32,000 nt of DNA from Zymomonas mobilis subsp. mobilis ATCC 10988 (GTDB lineage: Bacteria; Pseudomonadota; Alphaproteobacteria; Sphingomonadales; Sphingomonadaceae): NCBI RefSeq assembly GCF_000175255.2, contig NC_017262.1, forward strand, positions 60,001-92,000, read 5' to 3'. The first letter of the stretch is position 1. Every line of letters begins with the position of its first letter. Made by a program: the position numbers and the translations under genes. Below, one piece after another: positions 1 through 9,562 of the stretch. The notes below the pieces were generated by a model. That model was not told where the DNA came from and did no database searches. It saw only the letters and a program-made list of their open reading frames with translations.

Positions 1-366
1 ATCGTACTATCTATCATATGTTGCCAGTCATCTGTCAGGCCAAGGTCAACGAGAGTTTCAAGAAGAGCGTCCCACACACCCTGTTCTGCCCACCTACGAA
101 ACCGAACATAGACCGAATTCCATTTCCCATAACGTTCATGCATATCTCGCCACGGGCAGCCTGTTCGAAGCACATAAAGCATACCATTGAGAAATAACCG
201 ATTACTTTTGGCGGGACGCGCGCAGCGGCCTCGTTCGCTTGGAAGAAGACCCTGTATTATCTCCCACTCCGCGTCCGTCAGATCTCCTCGCATCCTATCT
301 ACCCTACAAAACTTGTTCTCAAGTTATCTCTAAAAATCTTAAATTATACCCTTTGTCAACAGAACC
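1..366 (-). mobile_element. IS5-family insertion sequence, partial (transposase 5' end plus terminal inverted repeat); same IS as 24682-25530
   Basis: Positions 1-366 match 25165-25530 with no difference seen by eye. Ends with the TIR ...CCCTTTGTCAACAGAACC followed by TA. The transposase start corresponds to 291-293. Confidence 0.95.
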
Positions 367-368
367 TA

Positions 369-608
369 GTAAAAAATGGTGATATCGAATTAAAAGGTAT
401 TACAGATCCAGCAGATCGTGACAGAGCTTTATTTGATAGTATTGTCGTAGCAGGGACAACAGATCTTTCTGAAAAGAATGTTTTACTCGTGGATGATCTA
501 TATAGATCAGGTGCAACCCTTGATGCATGCTGTCGCGCCCTCAAGAAAAGTACACAAGTAAAAAATATCTGTGTTTTGACAATGACAAAAACTAGGAAGA
601 ACAGATGA
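369..608 (+). pseudogene. C-terminal remnant of a ComF-like phosphoribosyltransferase, truncated by IS insertion
   Basis: Manual translation in frame from 369: VKNGDIELKGITDPADRDRALFDSIVVAGTTDLSEKNVLLVDDLYRSGATLDACCRALKKSTQVKNICVLTMTKTRKNR*. It contains the PRPP-binding-type motif VLLVDDLYRSGATL. The N-terminus is absent and replaced by the IS. Confidence 0.8.
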
Positions 609-1165
609 CGGTTGTATTCTTATCTGGTTCACGTAGAATTAGCCGCTTAAATGATAAAATTCGCTTTCGTTTACAAAATATCATGAAACAAAATTTTCAG
701 ATTTTTATTGGTGATGCTAATGGTGCAGATAAAGCTATGCAGTCATATCTCGCTGATCAGCACTACCCAAATGTATCTATATACTTTGTAGGGAGTATTT
801 GTCGTAACAATATTGGTAATTGGAATACTAAACAAATAGCAGTAGATAAAAATCTGAAAGGAAGAGCATTCTATACCGAAAAAGACAAAGCAATGGCTGC
901 GGAAGCTGACTTTGGCTTCGTTTTATGGGATGGAATAAGTGAAGGATCGATCAATAATATATTTGAGCTTTTGAATAGTCAAAAAAAAGCAGTAGTCTAT
1001 CTTTCTACACATAAAAAATTTTTTAATATCAAGACAGCTAATGATATTGAAAACCTAATAAACTGCACTGACCCTGAAGCATTATCCAAACTGCAAGGAT
1101 TACGAACTATTCGTAGGCAAATGGAGAAACATAATCTCATGGATCAAGGAAGTTTTCCGATTTAA
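605..1165 (+). CDS. SLOG/DprA-like Rossmann-fold putative nucleotide-binding protein
   Basis: 186-aa ORF. N-terminal VVFLSGSRRISRLN, IGDANGADKAMQSYLA and FGFVLWDGISEGSINNI resemble SLOG-type nucleotide-binding loops. ATG overlaps the TGA of the upstream PRTase remnant (ATGA, 605-608). Confidence 0.65.
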   Translation: MTVVFLSGSRRISRLNDKIRFRLQNIMKQNFQIFIGDANGADKAMQSYLADQHYPNVSIYFVGSICRNNIGNWNTKQIAVDKNLKGRAFYTEKDKAMAAEADFGFVLWDGISEGSINNIFELLNSQKKAVVYLSTHKKFFNIKTANDIENLINCTDPEALSKLQGLRTIRRQMEKHNLMDQGSFPI

Positions 1166-1317
1166 ATCTAACTTAGTACTTTGGAAAATAATTCCAAAAG
1201 TTCTTATCTAAAGTAGAAAGGCAGAGTTTAGCAGGTATAAATAGTTTTATATTATATCTGATAAAGGTTAATCGAATTTCCATGTTGAGAGCCTCAAGAA
1301 AACCGGCTTTTAAAAAA

Positions 1318-1346
1318 GAGGATATCGCCCCTTTAAAAGGGGCGAT
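1318..1346 (-). terminator. Rho-independent terminator downstream of queE
   Basis: Stem ATCGCCCC/GGGGCGAT, followed on the minus strand by CCTCTTTTTT. Confidence 0.6.
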
Positions 1347-1352
1347 CATCCG

Positions 1353-2006
1353 CTATTTCACCCCGATCAATTTATGACTTTGAATAGATAACCGCCATAA
1401 AGGCCGCTGCATCACAAAGGCGATAGCCTTTTGGATATTTTCTTTTTGATATTCGTCATCCATTGGCTGGATCAGATAATGATCGAAATCCAGCTTTTCC
1501 AAAGCCTCAATATCAATGCCTTTTTGTGGCCATACCAGTTTTATTTCATTGCCTTTTTCAAGGATAATCTGGCTTCCTGCCTTGGGACTCATGCAAACCC
1601 AATCAATCGCAGACGGGACAGGCTGCGTTCCATTGGTCTCGATAGCGATTTCAAAAGCCTGATTTTTTAAAGCCAGCAGCAAAGCCTCATCTACTTGTAA
1701 TAATGGCTCACCGCCCGTCAAAACGACAAAAGGCCGAACATATTGATATCGGCTTTCAAGCGCCTCTTTCCACAATCGAATGGCCTGTTCTGCCAATTCT
1801 TCTGCGGTAAATCGTCCGCCATTTTCGCCATCAATACCGACAAAATCAGTATCACAAAAACGGCAAGTCGCCTGTTCACGGTCATCTTCGCGACCATTCC
1901 ACAGATTACAACCGGCAAAGCGAATAAAGACAGCCCGTCTTCCAGCTTGGATACCTTCACCCTGTAACGTCAGGAAACTTTCTTTAACGGCGTAATGACG
2001 GCTCAT
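1353..2006 (-). CDS. queE: 7-carboxy-7-deazaguanine synthase
   Basis: MSRHYAVKESFLTLQGEGIQAGRRAVFIRFAGCNLWNGREDDREQATCRFCDTDFVG: radical-SAM cysteine pattern with the extended loop typical of this QueE subtype, plus the VVLTGGEPLLQ motif. Confidence 0.93.
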   Translation of the reverse strand: MSRHYAVKESFLTLQGEGIQAGRRAVFIRFAGCNLWNGREDDREQATCRFCDTDFVGIDGENGGRFTAEELAEQAIRLWKEALESRYQYVRPFVVLTGGEPLLQVDEALLLALKNQAFEIAIETNGTQPVPSAIDWVCMSPKAGSQIILEKGNEIKLVWPQKGIDIEALEKLDFDHYLIQPMDDEYQKENIQKAIAFVMQRPLWRLSIQSHKLIGVK

Positions 2007-2956
2007 AACAGACCTTTATCCCCAGAAGGCGCAGCTAAAATCTCCATCGCCTGCCGCAAATTACCTCGGCAGTCAGCCAAGGTCTTTTCTGCTTCTGCAA
2101 TGCTCTGACCCATCGCCACCAGAACAGCTTTCCGAATATCATTTTGGGCAATCACAAGGGCTTTTTCTGCTTTATCCTGATCGACTTTTGCTAATCGACA
2201 CAGCATCAAAACGGCACGTTGTTGCAATTTGACATTGGAGACCCGCATATTGACCATCAGACCACGGCAAACCAGGCCCAGACGCAGCATAATCGCCGTC
2301 GAAAGGGTATTCAAAACGACTTTTTGAGCCGTTCCGGCCTTCATACGGGTGGATCCTGCCACGACTTCGCTTCCAGTCGCAGCTAAAACAGGATGCTCAG
2401 CGGCCTCCAACAAAGCACTATCGGCATTATTGGCAATAGCAATGGTCAAAGCACCCGTTTTTCTGGCCGCTTTAATAGCTTCAACCGTATAGGGCGTTCT
2501 GCCACTGGCTGCGACACCGATCACAACATCGCGACGATCAAGATGCAATGCCTCGACTTCCTGAAGGGCGCGTTCAATATTGTCCTCTGCACCTTCGACA
2601 CTAGCGGCCAAGGCCGTCATGCCTCCCGCCATCATAAAAGCCAGTCTTTCGGATGGCCAATTATAAGTCGGGGTTAATTCAACCCCGTCTTGAACGGCAA
2701 TTCGGCCAGAGGTGCCAGCCCCTACATAAACCAGCCGATTACCGTCCAATAATCTTTCAGCCGCCGCGATACTGGCCGCCGCAATGCGAGAGGATTGATC
2801 AGCAACGGCGGCGACAGCCGCCATCTGACCTTCTAACATGGCCTCAACCGCATATTCGCTAGGCCAGCTATCAAGATCAATATAGCGCGGATCGACCGTT
2901 TCAGTGGACATAGAGGATTGCCTTGTCTGGAATATATCAGGAAAAGAAAGCGTCAT
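2003..2956 (-). CDS. murQ: N-acetylmuramic acid 6-phosphate etherase
   Basis: LVYVGAGTSGRIAVQDGVELTPTY, VVIGVAASGRTPYT and ATGSEVVAGSTRMKAGTAQKVVLN are MurQ SIS-domain signatures. Overlaps the queE start by 4 nt. Confidence 0.95.
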   Translation of the reverse strand: MTLSFPDIFQTRQSSMSTETVDPRYIDLDSWPSEYAVEAMLEGQMAAVAAVADQSSRIAAASIAAAERLLDGNRLVYVGAGTSGRIAVQDGVELTPTYNWPSERLAFMMAGGMTALAASVEGAEDNIERALQEVEALHLDRRDVVIGVAASGRTPYTVEAIKAARKTGALTIAIANNADSALLEAAEHPVLAATGSEVVAGSTRMKAGTAQKVVLNTLSTAIMLRLGLVCRGLMVNMRVSNVKLQQRAVLMLCRLAKVDQDKAEKALVIAQNDIRKAVLVAMGQSIAEAEKTLADCRGNLRQAMEILAAPSGDKGLL

Positions 2957-3622
2957 TCAAAACGCCTGTTTTCATAAACAGGCCATTTGATTTTATGAAG
3001 TCATAATTTGAAAATAACGCATCATCGGCGTTATTCTTTGCAGCAAGAGAGGCCAATAAGCCCCAAAATAAAGGCTAGTCACGGCTTCGATATTATCAAA
3101 AAGGCATCAATTATAGACTTTTTATCTATAATCTTTTTTTGCTTTTTTTAAAACGGGGCTCTCTTTTTAAACTTCTGAAAAATTTTGACACAAATATGTC
3201 ATTTGATATGAAAGATTACAAAAAAGTAATCATAGAACTTATAAAGCAAGCCAAGATTATTATAACTTATAAGAAATAGACATTTAATAAAAACAGCCTC
3301 ATCCTCAAAGCTCACCTTACGACTTACTTTCATCTTCAAGGCCGATCCTTCGATAACAAGAAGTATTTAATTGTAAAATTTTAAAAATTTAAAAGAAAAA
3401 TAAATTATTTACTTTGATATATTATATCATAATTAGTATTTATAAAGAGTTTTTAAAAATTGTAAAATACCGTTTTGTTGACTATTAAATAGGGTAATAT
3501 TATGCTCTCTTGCTGTTTTAAGGGGGAAGGGCAGTTGCATTTCTTTATATCTATCAAAGTTTCTGAAAAACTGACCCTTTATCCAAGTTGAATATAAAAA
3601 CTGCATCAAAGGGGGGCGTTTA

Positions 3623-5233
3623 ATGCGCTTAATTCGGTCGATATTATTAGGTATGACAGCCATGACGACGCTTGGCATGGCAAGCATGGTTTCCGCAGAA
3701 AAAGCAGATAATAAAACAAAAGACAAAGCCGCAGAAACACAGACGGCGACATCCGCAAGTGATGATGTCTTAAAACCCGCCGAAGCTACCAGCGAAGGCA
3801 GCGTGACGGTCAAGGGGCAGACCATCCGTTATCAGGCAGTTTCTGGAACGTTATTGGTTCATCCGAAAGGCTGGGATGAAACCGTCGAGGATAAAGATAA
3901 AACACAACCTCGCGCCACAATGTCCTATACCGCCTATTTTAAAAAAGACGTGCCATCGTCACAAAGACCGGTCGTTTTTTTCTATAATGGCGGGCCGGGT
4001 TCTGCTTCGGTCTGGCTGCATATGGGGTCTTTCGGGCCCAAACGTATTGTTGTTCCCGATCATGAACATAGCGAAGGCGCACCTTACCGTCTGGTCAATA
4101 ACGACTACAGCTTGATGGATGTCGCGGATGTCGTCTTTATTGATGCCCCTGCGACCGGTTTTGGCCGGGTCGCTGGCAAGGATAAGGCCAAAGCCTTCTT
4201 TGGTGTCGATCAGGATGCTTATGCTTTTTGTGAATTCATCAAAAGTTTTCTTGGTAAATTCAATCGCTGGAACAGCCCGAAATATCTATTCGGTGAAAGC
4301 TACGGCACGCCCCGTTCTGCTGTTTTGTCGAATATGCTGGAAAACGACAACTCGATTGATTTTAACGGCGTTATCCTGCTGTCCCAGATATTAAACTTCA
4401 CACTGGATTCCGATTTTCCGAATACCAATCCGGGGGCAGATCAGGCTTTCATCACCAATCTTCCAACCTATGCTGCAACGGCTTGGTATCATAACCGTTT
4501 ACAGGGGCAGAAACCGGCCGATTTGGAAAAATTCCTTCGGGAAGTCGAATATTTCGCTACCACAGAATATGCGATGGCGTTACAGCAAGGCTCTGCACTT
4601 GATCCTTCAAGAAAACAGGCTATTGCCCAGAAATACAGCCAATATACCGGTATTCCGGTGGATTATGTGCTGAAAGCTGATTTGCGGTTAAATGGCGGCC
4701 AATTTACACAAATGCTGCAAGGCGGCGATATCACGACGGGTCGTCTTGATACGCGTTTTTCAGGGCCTTCTCTTGATCCTCTCGATAAAGAATCGGGCTA
4801 TGATCCACAAAGCTCGGCTTTGTCTTCAGCCTATGTCTCGGCCTTTAATGATTATTCTTTGAACCAGCTCCATTTTGGGCAGGGTCGCGAATATAAATCT
4901 ATGGTCAATTTCCCCGGTGGCTGGGATTTCAAACATCGTTCGCCCAGCGGTGGCGTGGTGCCGTGGGTTACCAATATGATGCCTGATCTGGCGGCGGCCA
5001 TGACGACCAATCCTAAATTAAAGGTAATGGTCGCAGGTGGTTATTTCGATCTGGCAACGCCTTACTATCAGGGCTGGTATGAAATGCACCATCTCCCGAT
5101 TAGAAAGAGCCTCGAACAGAATCTTGAATATCACTATTATAAATCAGGCCATATGGTTTACGTGAATGAAGAGTCTTTGAAATTGCTACATGACGATGTT
5201 TCTTCTTTCATCCGTCGTAGCTATCAGCCCTAA
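3623..5233 (+). CDS. Exported serine carboxypeptidase-like protein (peptidase S10 family)
   Basis: N-terminal signal peptide, FFYNGGPGSASVWLHMGSFGPK, FGESYGTPR and a C-terminal GHMVY catalytic His context. Confidence 0.88.
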   Translation: MRLIRSILLGMTAMTTLGMASMVSAEKADNKTKDKAAETQTATSASDDVLKPAEATSEGSVTVKGQTIRYQAVSGTLLVHPKGWDETVEDKDKTQPRATMSYTAYFKKDVPSSQRPVVFFYNGGPGSASVWLHMGSFGPKRIVVPDHEHSEGAPYRLVNNDYSLMDVADVVFIDAPATGFGRVAGKDKAKAFFGVDQDAYAFCEFIKSFLGKFNRWNSPKYLFGESYGTPRSAVLSNMLENDNSIDFNGVILLSQILNFTLDSDFPNTNPGADQAFITNLPTYAATAWYHNRLQGQKPADLEKFLREVEYFATTEYAMALQQGSALDPSRKQAIAQKYSQYTGIPVDYVLKADLRLNGGQFTQMLQGGDITTGRLDTRFSGPSLDPLDKESGYDPQSSALSSAYVSAFNDYSLNQLHFGQGREYKSMVNFPGGWDFKHRSPSGGVVPWVTNMMPDLAAAMTTNPKLKVMVAGGYFDLATPYYQGWYEMHHLPIRKSLEQNLEYHYYKSGHMVYVNEESLKLLHDDVSSFIRRSYQP

Positions 5234-5255
5234 ATTTTTTATCCCATTTTGAAGT

Positions 5256-5290
5256 AAAAGAAGCGACCTCAACGGGGTCGCTTCTTTTTT
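5256..5290 (+). terminator. Rho-independent terminator after the carboxypeptidase gene
   Basis: AAAAGAAGCGACC tcaacgg GGTCGCTTCTTTT followed by a T-run. Confidence 0.85.
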
Positions 5291-5425
5291 TTGAAGAGAA
5301 TCTTTTTACGCTACGATTTTTCATTTTACGATTTTTTGAAAAAATTTCACGTCAGGGAACAGATGTTAAAGATTAGGCGTTTTATACACAAATATTGACA
5401 ATTCTTTTTTTAAGGGAGTTTGGTA

Positions 5426-5674
5426 ATGGGGCTCATTTCTTGGCTTATCGTCGGCGGTATTATTGGATGGCTCGCTGGACTTATTATGAAAGGCAGCGGC
5501 AGCGGCGTTTTTCTTAATATTATTATCGGTGTTGTCGGGGCTTCTTTGGGGGGCTTTATCTTCAACCGTGGTGATATTGGCGATGTCGGCCTGACCCTGC
5601 AAAGTTTTCTGGTCTCATTGATCGGTGCCGTTATTTTGTTGGCGGTGATCAATTTCTTTAAATCACGCAACTGA
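5426..5674 (+). CDS. GlsB/YeaQ/YmgE-family (transglycosylase-associated) small membrane protein
   Basis: MGLISWLIVGGIIGWLAGLIMKGSGSGVFLNIIIGVVGASLGGFIF is a family hallmark. ATG at 5426 preceded by AAGGGAG. The ORF track start at 5420 is a TTG. Confidence 0.9.
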   Translation: MGLISWLIVGGIIGWLAGLIMKGSGSGVFLNIIIGVVGASLGGFIFNRGDIGDVGLTLQSFLVSLIGAVILLAVINFFKSRN

Positions 5675-5743
5675 CCCCATGTGATCTTTCAGGTCAGGAT
5701 GGCTCAAATAGCCTGATATCTGGATGCTTATTTTGGACTTGAA

Positions 5744-5773
5744 AGGGTGAGGCTGAAAACACGGCCTCACCCT
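5744..5773. terminator. Hairpin between convergent genes, probable bidirectional terminator
   Basis: AGGGTGAGGC tgaaaacacg GCCTCACCCT perfect 10-bp stem. Confidence 0.6.
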
Positions 5774-5782
5774 AAAATATAT

Positions 5783-6904
5783 TTATTGCACGGCCATTTT
5801 TTTGGAAAAGACAGCAACACCAGCCAACAAAGCTGCGATCAAGAAAAATGATATTTTTAAACCCACAACATTGGCAATAAAACCAATGGCAATCGGGCCC
5901 GCCAAAACACCCATATAGCCAATGGTGGTCACCGCTGAGATCGCGAGATGGCTCGGCATCACATTTTGCCGTCCGGCAACACTATACACAACCGGAACGA
6001 TATCGGCACATCCCAAACCGATTAAGGCATAACCAATGAAAGTCGCGGGGGTGTAAGGTATAAAAATAACCGCCAAATAACCCGCCATAGCCAAAAGGCT
6101 ACCGAAAAAAACCGTTTTAACATTGCCTAATTTGGCAATAATTTTGTTCCCGAATAACCGTCCCGTTGTCATCATTGTTGCATAACCGGCATAGCCCCAA
6201 CCGGCTTGTTCCGGTGGTAATTTCCTGATCGAAGTGAGGAAAACACCGCCCCAATCAAGCACAGCGCCTTCCGCCAGAAAAGCAATGCAACAGATAATGC
6301 TCAAAATCCAAACCATGCCTTTCGGTATAGCAATACCTGCCGCACTACCGGGTTCGCCTTTATCAGGCAGTAAATCCTTCCAGAAGATCGCTAAAATCAA
6401 AAGAAGCAAGGCCGAAGCCATCATACCAGCCGTAAGCGGACTAAAGGATTTGGAAAAGACCAAGGCCAATCCGGCTGACCCCGCTGCGCCACCAATGCTA
6501 TATAAGGCATGAAAGCCTGAAATAAGGGGACGCTGAGCGCGTTTCTCGACAATAACCGATTGAATATTCATGGCGGCATCAATGGCACCGACCGATGCCC
6601 CAACGATCAATAGACTGCCTCCCAAAAGGATGGCGGAGGATAAAGTCGCCAGAAAAGGGACCGCTATCGCGGTAATAATCACGCCTGTCGTAATAACTGC
6701 ACGACACCCAAAGCGGTTCGCCATACTGCCCGCTAAAGGCAAAGAGAACAGCGCTCCTAATCCCAAACATAAAAGCAGATAACCAAGCTGTCCGTCAGAA
6801 ATAGCCGTATGGATTTTGACAAAAGGAATTAACGCCCCCCATGTCGCAATGGCGCATCCTAAAAGAAAGAATATCGCCGCCGTCCCGTTCCTCGCATTTT
6901 CCAT
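5783..6904 (-). CDS. MFS transporter (YbjJ-like)
   Basis: Multiple hydrophobic helices. GALFSLPLAGSMANRFGCR matches the MFS loop 2-3 pattern. Confidence 0.8.
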   Translation of the reverse strand: MENARNGTAAIFFLLGCAIATWGALIPFVKIHTAISDGQLGYLLLCLGLGALFSLPLAGSMANRFGCRAVITTGVIITAIAVPFLATLSSAILLGGSLLIVGASVGAIDAAMNIQSVIVEKRAQRPLISGFHALYSIGGAAGSAGLALVFSKSFSPLTAGMMASALLLLILAIFWKDLLPDKGEPGSAAGIAIPKGMVWILSIICCIAFLAEGAVLDWGGVFLTSIRKLPPEQAGWGYAGYATMMTTGRLFGNKIIAKLGNVKTVFFGSLLAMAGYLAVIFIPYTPATFIGYALIGLGCADIVPVVYSVAGRQNVMPSHLAISAVTTIGYMGVLAGPIAIGFIANVVGLKISFFLIAALLAGVAVFSKKMAVQ

Positions 6905-7300
6905 GGCAAATCCTCAAAATATTTTTGTTATTATTTTTTACGCCGTCATTTTTATGAATGGATAGGAAGCCCCGTTAAAAGAATCTCGCTTCTTTTGTCC
7001 CTATCTTCTGAAAGCACGCCTTGAATAAAAAGGCGATAGGGTAACTGCCTTTTGGATATAAAGGCCTCACATCTCCTAAATCGGAAAAAGCTTCATTCCC
7101 GATCATTAGCCTTTTTCAGCCATCGACATTCCAAGCTATAAAAACAAGCCTCAAAAGATAATTTTATAAAATGATAAATAAAAATTCATCTTTGGTGCAA
7201 TGCGATGGAAATATTTCGAAAGATAAACGTTAAAAAGTAAAATATAATAAACAACCTTTGATATCGATCTGCACGATATTCAAAGGGATCAAGCTGTAGG

Positions 7301-7906
7301 GTGTTCTTGATGATGGGCTCTTCTCCTCCGAAAGGCAGGCCGATTTCGGCCTTTTTTTCTTTTCCTTGGTGCCGCCGCCATATTTTGACAACCGGATTAT
7401 CTGTTGTCGCTCTTTCGGTGACGGCGGATATCGCTTCTAACGCCTCATCTTCTCCGCTTTCGTCTGCGGATGTTCTTCATTTTATGAAATTATCGCTTTG
7501 TCTGACAGATCGGAAAACGCTTGATCCGGTGCTTGGCAAAGCGCTTTTTTCTAAATTAACCGACAATAATCCAAAACGCCGGACACAGCTTGATCAGCTT
7601 CTTGCTCTTTTCAATCGGCAGACATGGGATAATGCTAATCACTTCGTCAAAGAAGCGGTCAAAGAAAATCCAGATGCACCACCACTTATCAGGGATATTC
7701 TACACGGATGGTATCGCGGTATCGTCGATAACAAAGTCGTCGTTTACCGTTCGGCCATGATGTTTTCTCTGACCCGTAATATTCTCTATCCCAAAACCTA
7801 TGCCAATGGCGATTTATTCTATTGGACAACGCGCCCGCCAGAAGTGCCCCTTCCCAAAGCACAGCCCGCTATGCAGCCGGACGTTCCCGAAACTCTGGGA
7901 CAATAA
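7301..7906 (+). CDS. Membrane-bound sugar/gluconate dehydrogenase small subunit (gluconate 2-dehydrogenase subunit 3-like), Tat signal
   Basis: Twin-arginine region CRRHILTTGLSVVAL, subunit-3-like body, and position directly upstream of the GMC oxidoreductase. The exact start is uncertain. Confidence 0.7.
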   Translation: MFLMMGSSPPKGRPISAFFSFPWCRRHILTTGLSVVALSVTADIASNASSSPLSSADVLHFMKLSLCLTDRKTLDPVLGKALFSKLTDNNPKRRTQLDQLLALFNRQTWDNANHFVKEAVKENPDAPPLIRDILHGWYRGIVDNKVVVYRSAMMFSLTRNILYPKTYANGDLFYWTTRPPEVPLPKAQPAMQPDVPETLGQ

Positions 7907-7924
7907 AAGCAGAAGGTATAACAG

Positions 7925-9562
7925 ATGACATCCAGCAACGATCTTTCTGCCGATATTGTGATTGTCGGTTCCGGTGTCGCCGGTAGCAGCATCGCCAAAG
8001 AATTGGCGAGTACAGGGGCATCGGTCATCGTCCTTGAGGCAGGGCCCCGTATTGACAGGCAACATATCCTCGATAATTGCCGAAATACGGTCAATAAAAA
8101 CAAATATGACGAGCCTTATCCGCCATCCCCTTGGTCAATGCATCCGCCCGACCAAAGCACCCCTAACGCTTATCTCCATACCACCGGCCCCGATGCACAG
8201 GCCTATCAGCAAAGCTATCTCCGTATTCTTGGCGGCACAACATGGCATTGGTCAGCCTGCGCATGGCGTTATCTGCCCTCTGATTTTGAATTACGGTCAC
8301 GCTATGGGGTAGGGCGCGACTGGGCGTTAAAATATGATGATCTCGAGCCTTTTTACTATCAGGCCGAAAGCATGATGGGCGTTTGCGGGCCTGATCCCAA
8401 GGTTGAAGACCTTGGCTCACCCCGCCGCCAACCTTATCCGATGGAAGCCTTGCCGCTTTCCTATGCGGCAGAACAGTTTAAAAAACTGATTGATAACCGC
8501 ACAGCCTATCGTGTGGTGCATGAACCACAGGCGCGGAATACCCGCCGCTATGACAATCGTCCGGTCTGCGAAGGCAATAATAACTGTATGCCGCTTTGCC
8601 CTATCGGTGCGATGTATAACGGTATTCATACCGTGCTTCATGCCGAAGCCGCAGGGGCGCGCTTTATTGACAATGCCGTGGTTTATAAAATCGAAACCGA
8701 TACCTCTAATAAAAAGGTCACGGCTGTTCACTATTATGACCCTGACAAACACAGTCATAAGGTCACGGGACGTATTTTTGTTATCGCGGCGCATTGCATC
8801 GAATCCGCCAAATTATTGCTCCTTTCTGCCGATGAAAAAAATCCAAACGGCATCGCCAATAGTTCGGATCAAGTAGGCCGGAATATGATGGATCATACCG
8901 GCGTGCAGGTCACTTTCATGAGCGGTCTGGATTCTCTTTGGTGTGGCAGAGGGCCTCTCGAAACCAATGTCATCGACAGCTTCCGAGATGGATCATGGCG
9001 GAATGAAAGGGGTGCTTATCTGGTGCATATGGTGGATGATAACCAGATCGACCTCGCCACGGCTTTAGCCATCGACAAAGGCTATGTCGGTAAAGACCTC
9101 GAAGATGAAATCCGCTATGGGGCATCACATCTGGTGCGTTTGTTCAGCCATAATGAAGGGATGCCGGATCCCGATAACCGTTTAACGCTCAGCAAAACCC
9201 ATAAAGACGTTCTCGGGATTCCCCATCCCGAAGTTTATTATAAATTGCCGGATTATACGGTGAGAAGCTGCGATCACTCCCGCAAGGTATTTAGGGAAAT
9301 CATGGGGCTGATGAAAGGCTCTGATCCACGCTGGACGCCGGGCTATTTTCCCCAAGACCATCCAGCGGGCAGCACCATCATGGGGCATGATCCCAAAGAT
9401 TCTGTCGTTGACGGATATAACCGGACACATGACCACGAAAATCTGTTTATCGCCAGTTCCGGCGTATTCGCTTCTATGGGAACGGGTAACATTACCCTGA
9501 CCGTGGCTGCCTTGGCGTTACGGGTAGCCGATACGCTGAAAAAAGAGATATATCATGGCTAA
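7925..9562 (+). CDS. GMC-family FAD-dependent oxidoreductase, large subunit of membrane-bound dehydrogenase
   Basis: IVIVGSGVAGSSIAKELASTGASVIVLEAGP dinucleotide-binding motif, GGTTWHWSACAWR, and C-terminal NLFIASSGVFASMGTGNITLTVAALALR. Confidence 0.9.
   Translation: MTSSNDLSADIVIVGSGVAGSSIAKELASTGASVIVLEAGPRIDRQHILDNCRNTVNKNKYDEPYPPSPWSMHPPDQSTPNAYLHTTGPDAQAYQQSYLRILGGTTWHWSACAWRYLPSDFELRSRYGVGRDWALKYDDLEPFYYQAESMMGVCGPDPKVEDLGSPRRQPYPMEALPLSYAAEQFKKLIDNRTAYRVVHEPQARNTRRYDNRPVCEGNNNCMPLCPIGAMYNGIHTVLHAEAAGARFIDNAVVYKIETDTSNKKVTAVHYYDPDKHSHKVTGRIFVIAAHCIESAKLLLLSADEKNPNGIANSSDQVGRNMMDHTGVQVTFMSGLDSLWCGRGPLETNVIDSFRDGSWRNERGAYLVHMVDDNQIDLATALAIDKGYVGKDLEDEIRYGASHLVRLFSHNEGMPDPDNRLTLSKTHKDVLGIPHPEVYYKLPDYTVRSCDHSRKVFREIMGLMKGSDPRWTPGYFPQDHPAGSTIMGHDPKDSVVDGYNRTHDHENLFIASSGVFASMGTGNITLTVAALALRVADTLKKEIYHG

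Noticed and set aside
1431-1995. Several 70-80 aa ORFs overlapping queE
   Set aside because: They are antisense or alternate-frame to a gene with clear QueE motifs.
3195-3278. Tiny ORF MSFDMKDYKKVIIELIKQAKIIITYKK in the AT-rich gap
   Set aside because: Only 27 codons, low complexity, and no clear RBS. More likely chance or a decayed remnant.
3433-3825. 130-aa minus-strand ORF overlapping the carboxypeptidase start
   Set aside because: The part over the coding region is antisense to the signal peptide, the rest is AT-rich intergenic, and there is no domain signature.
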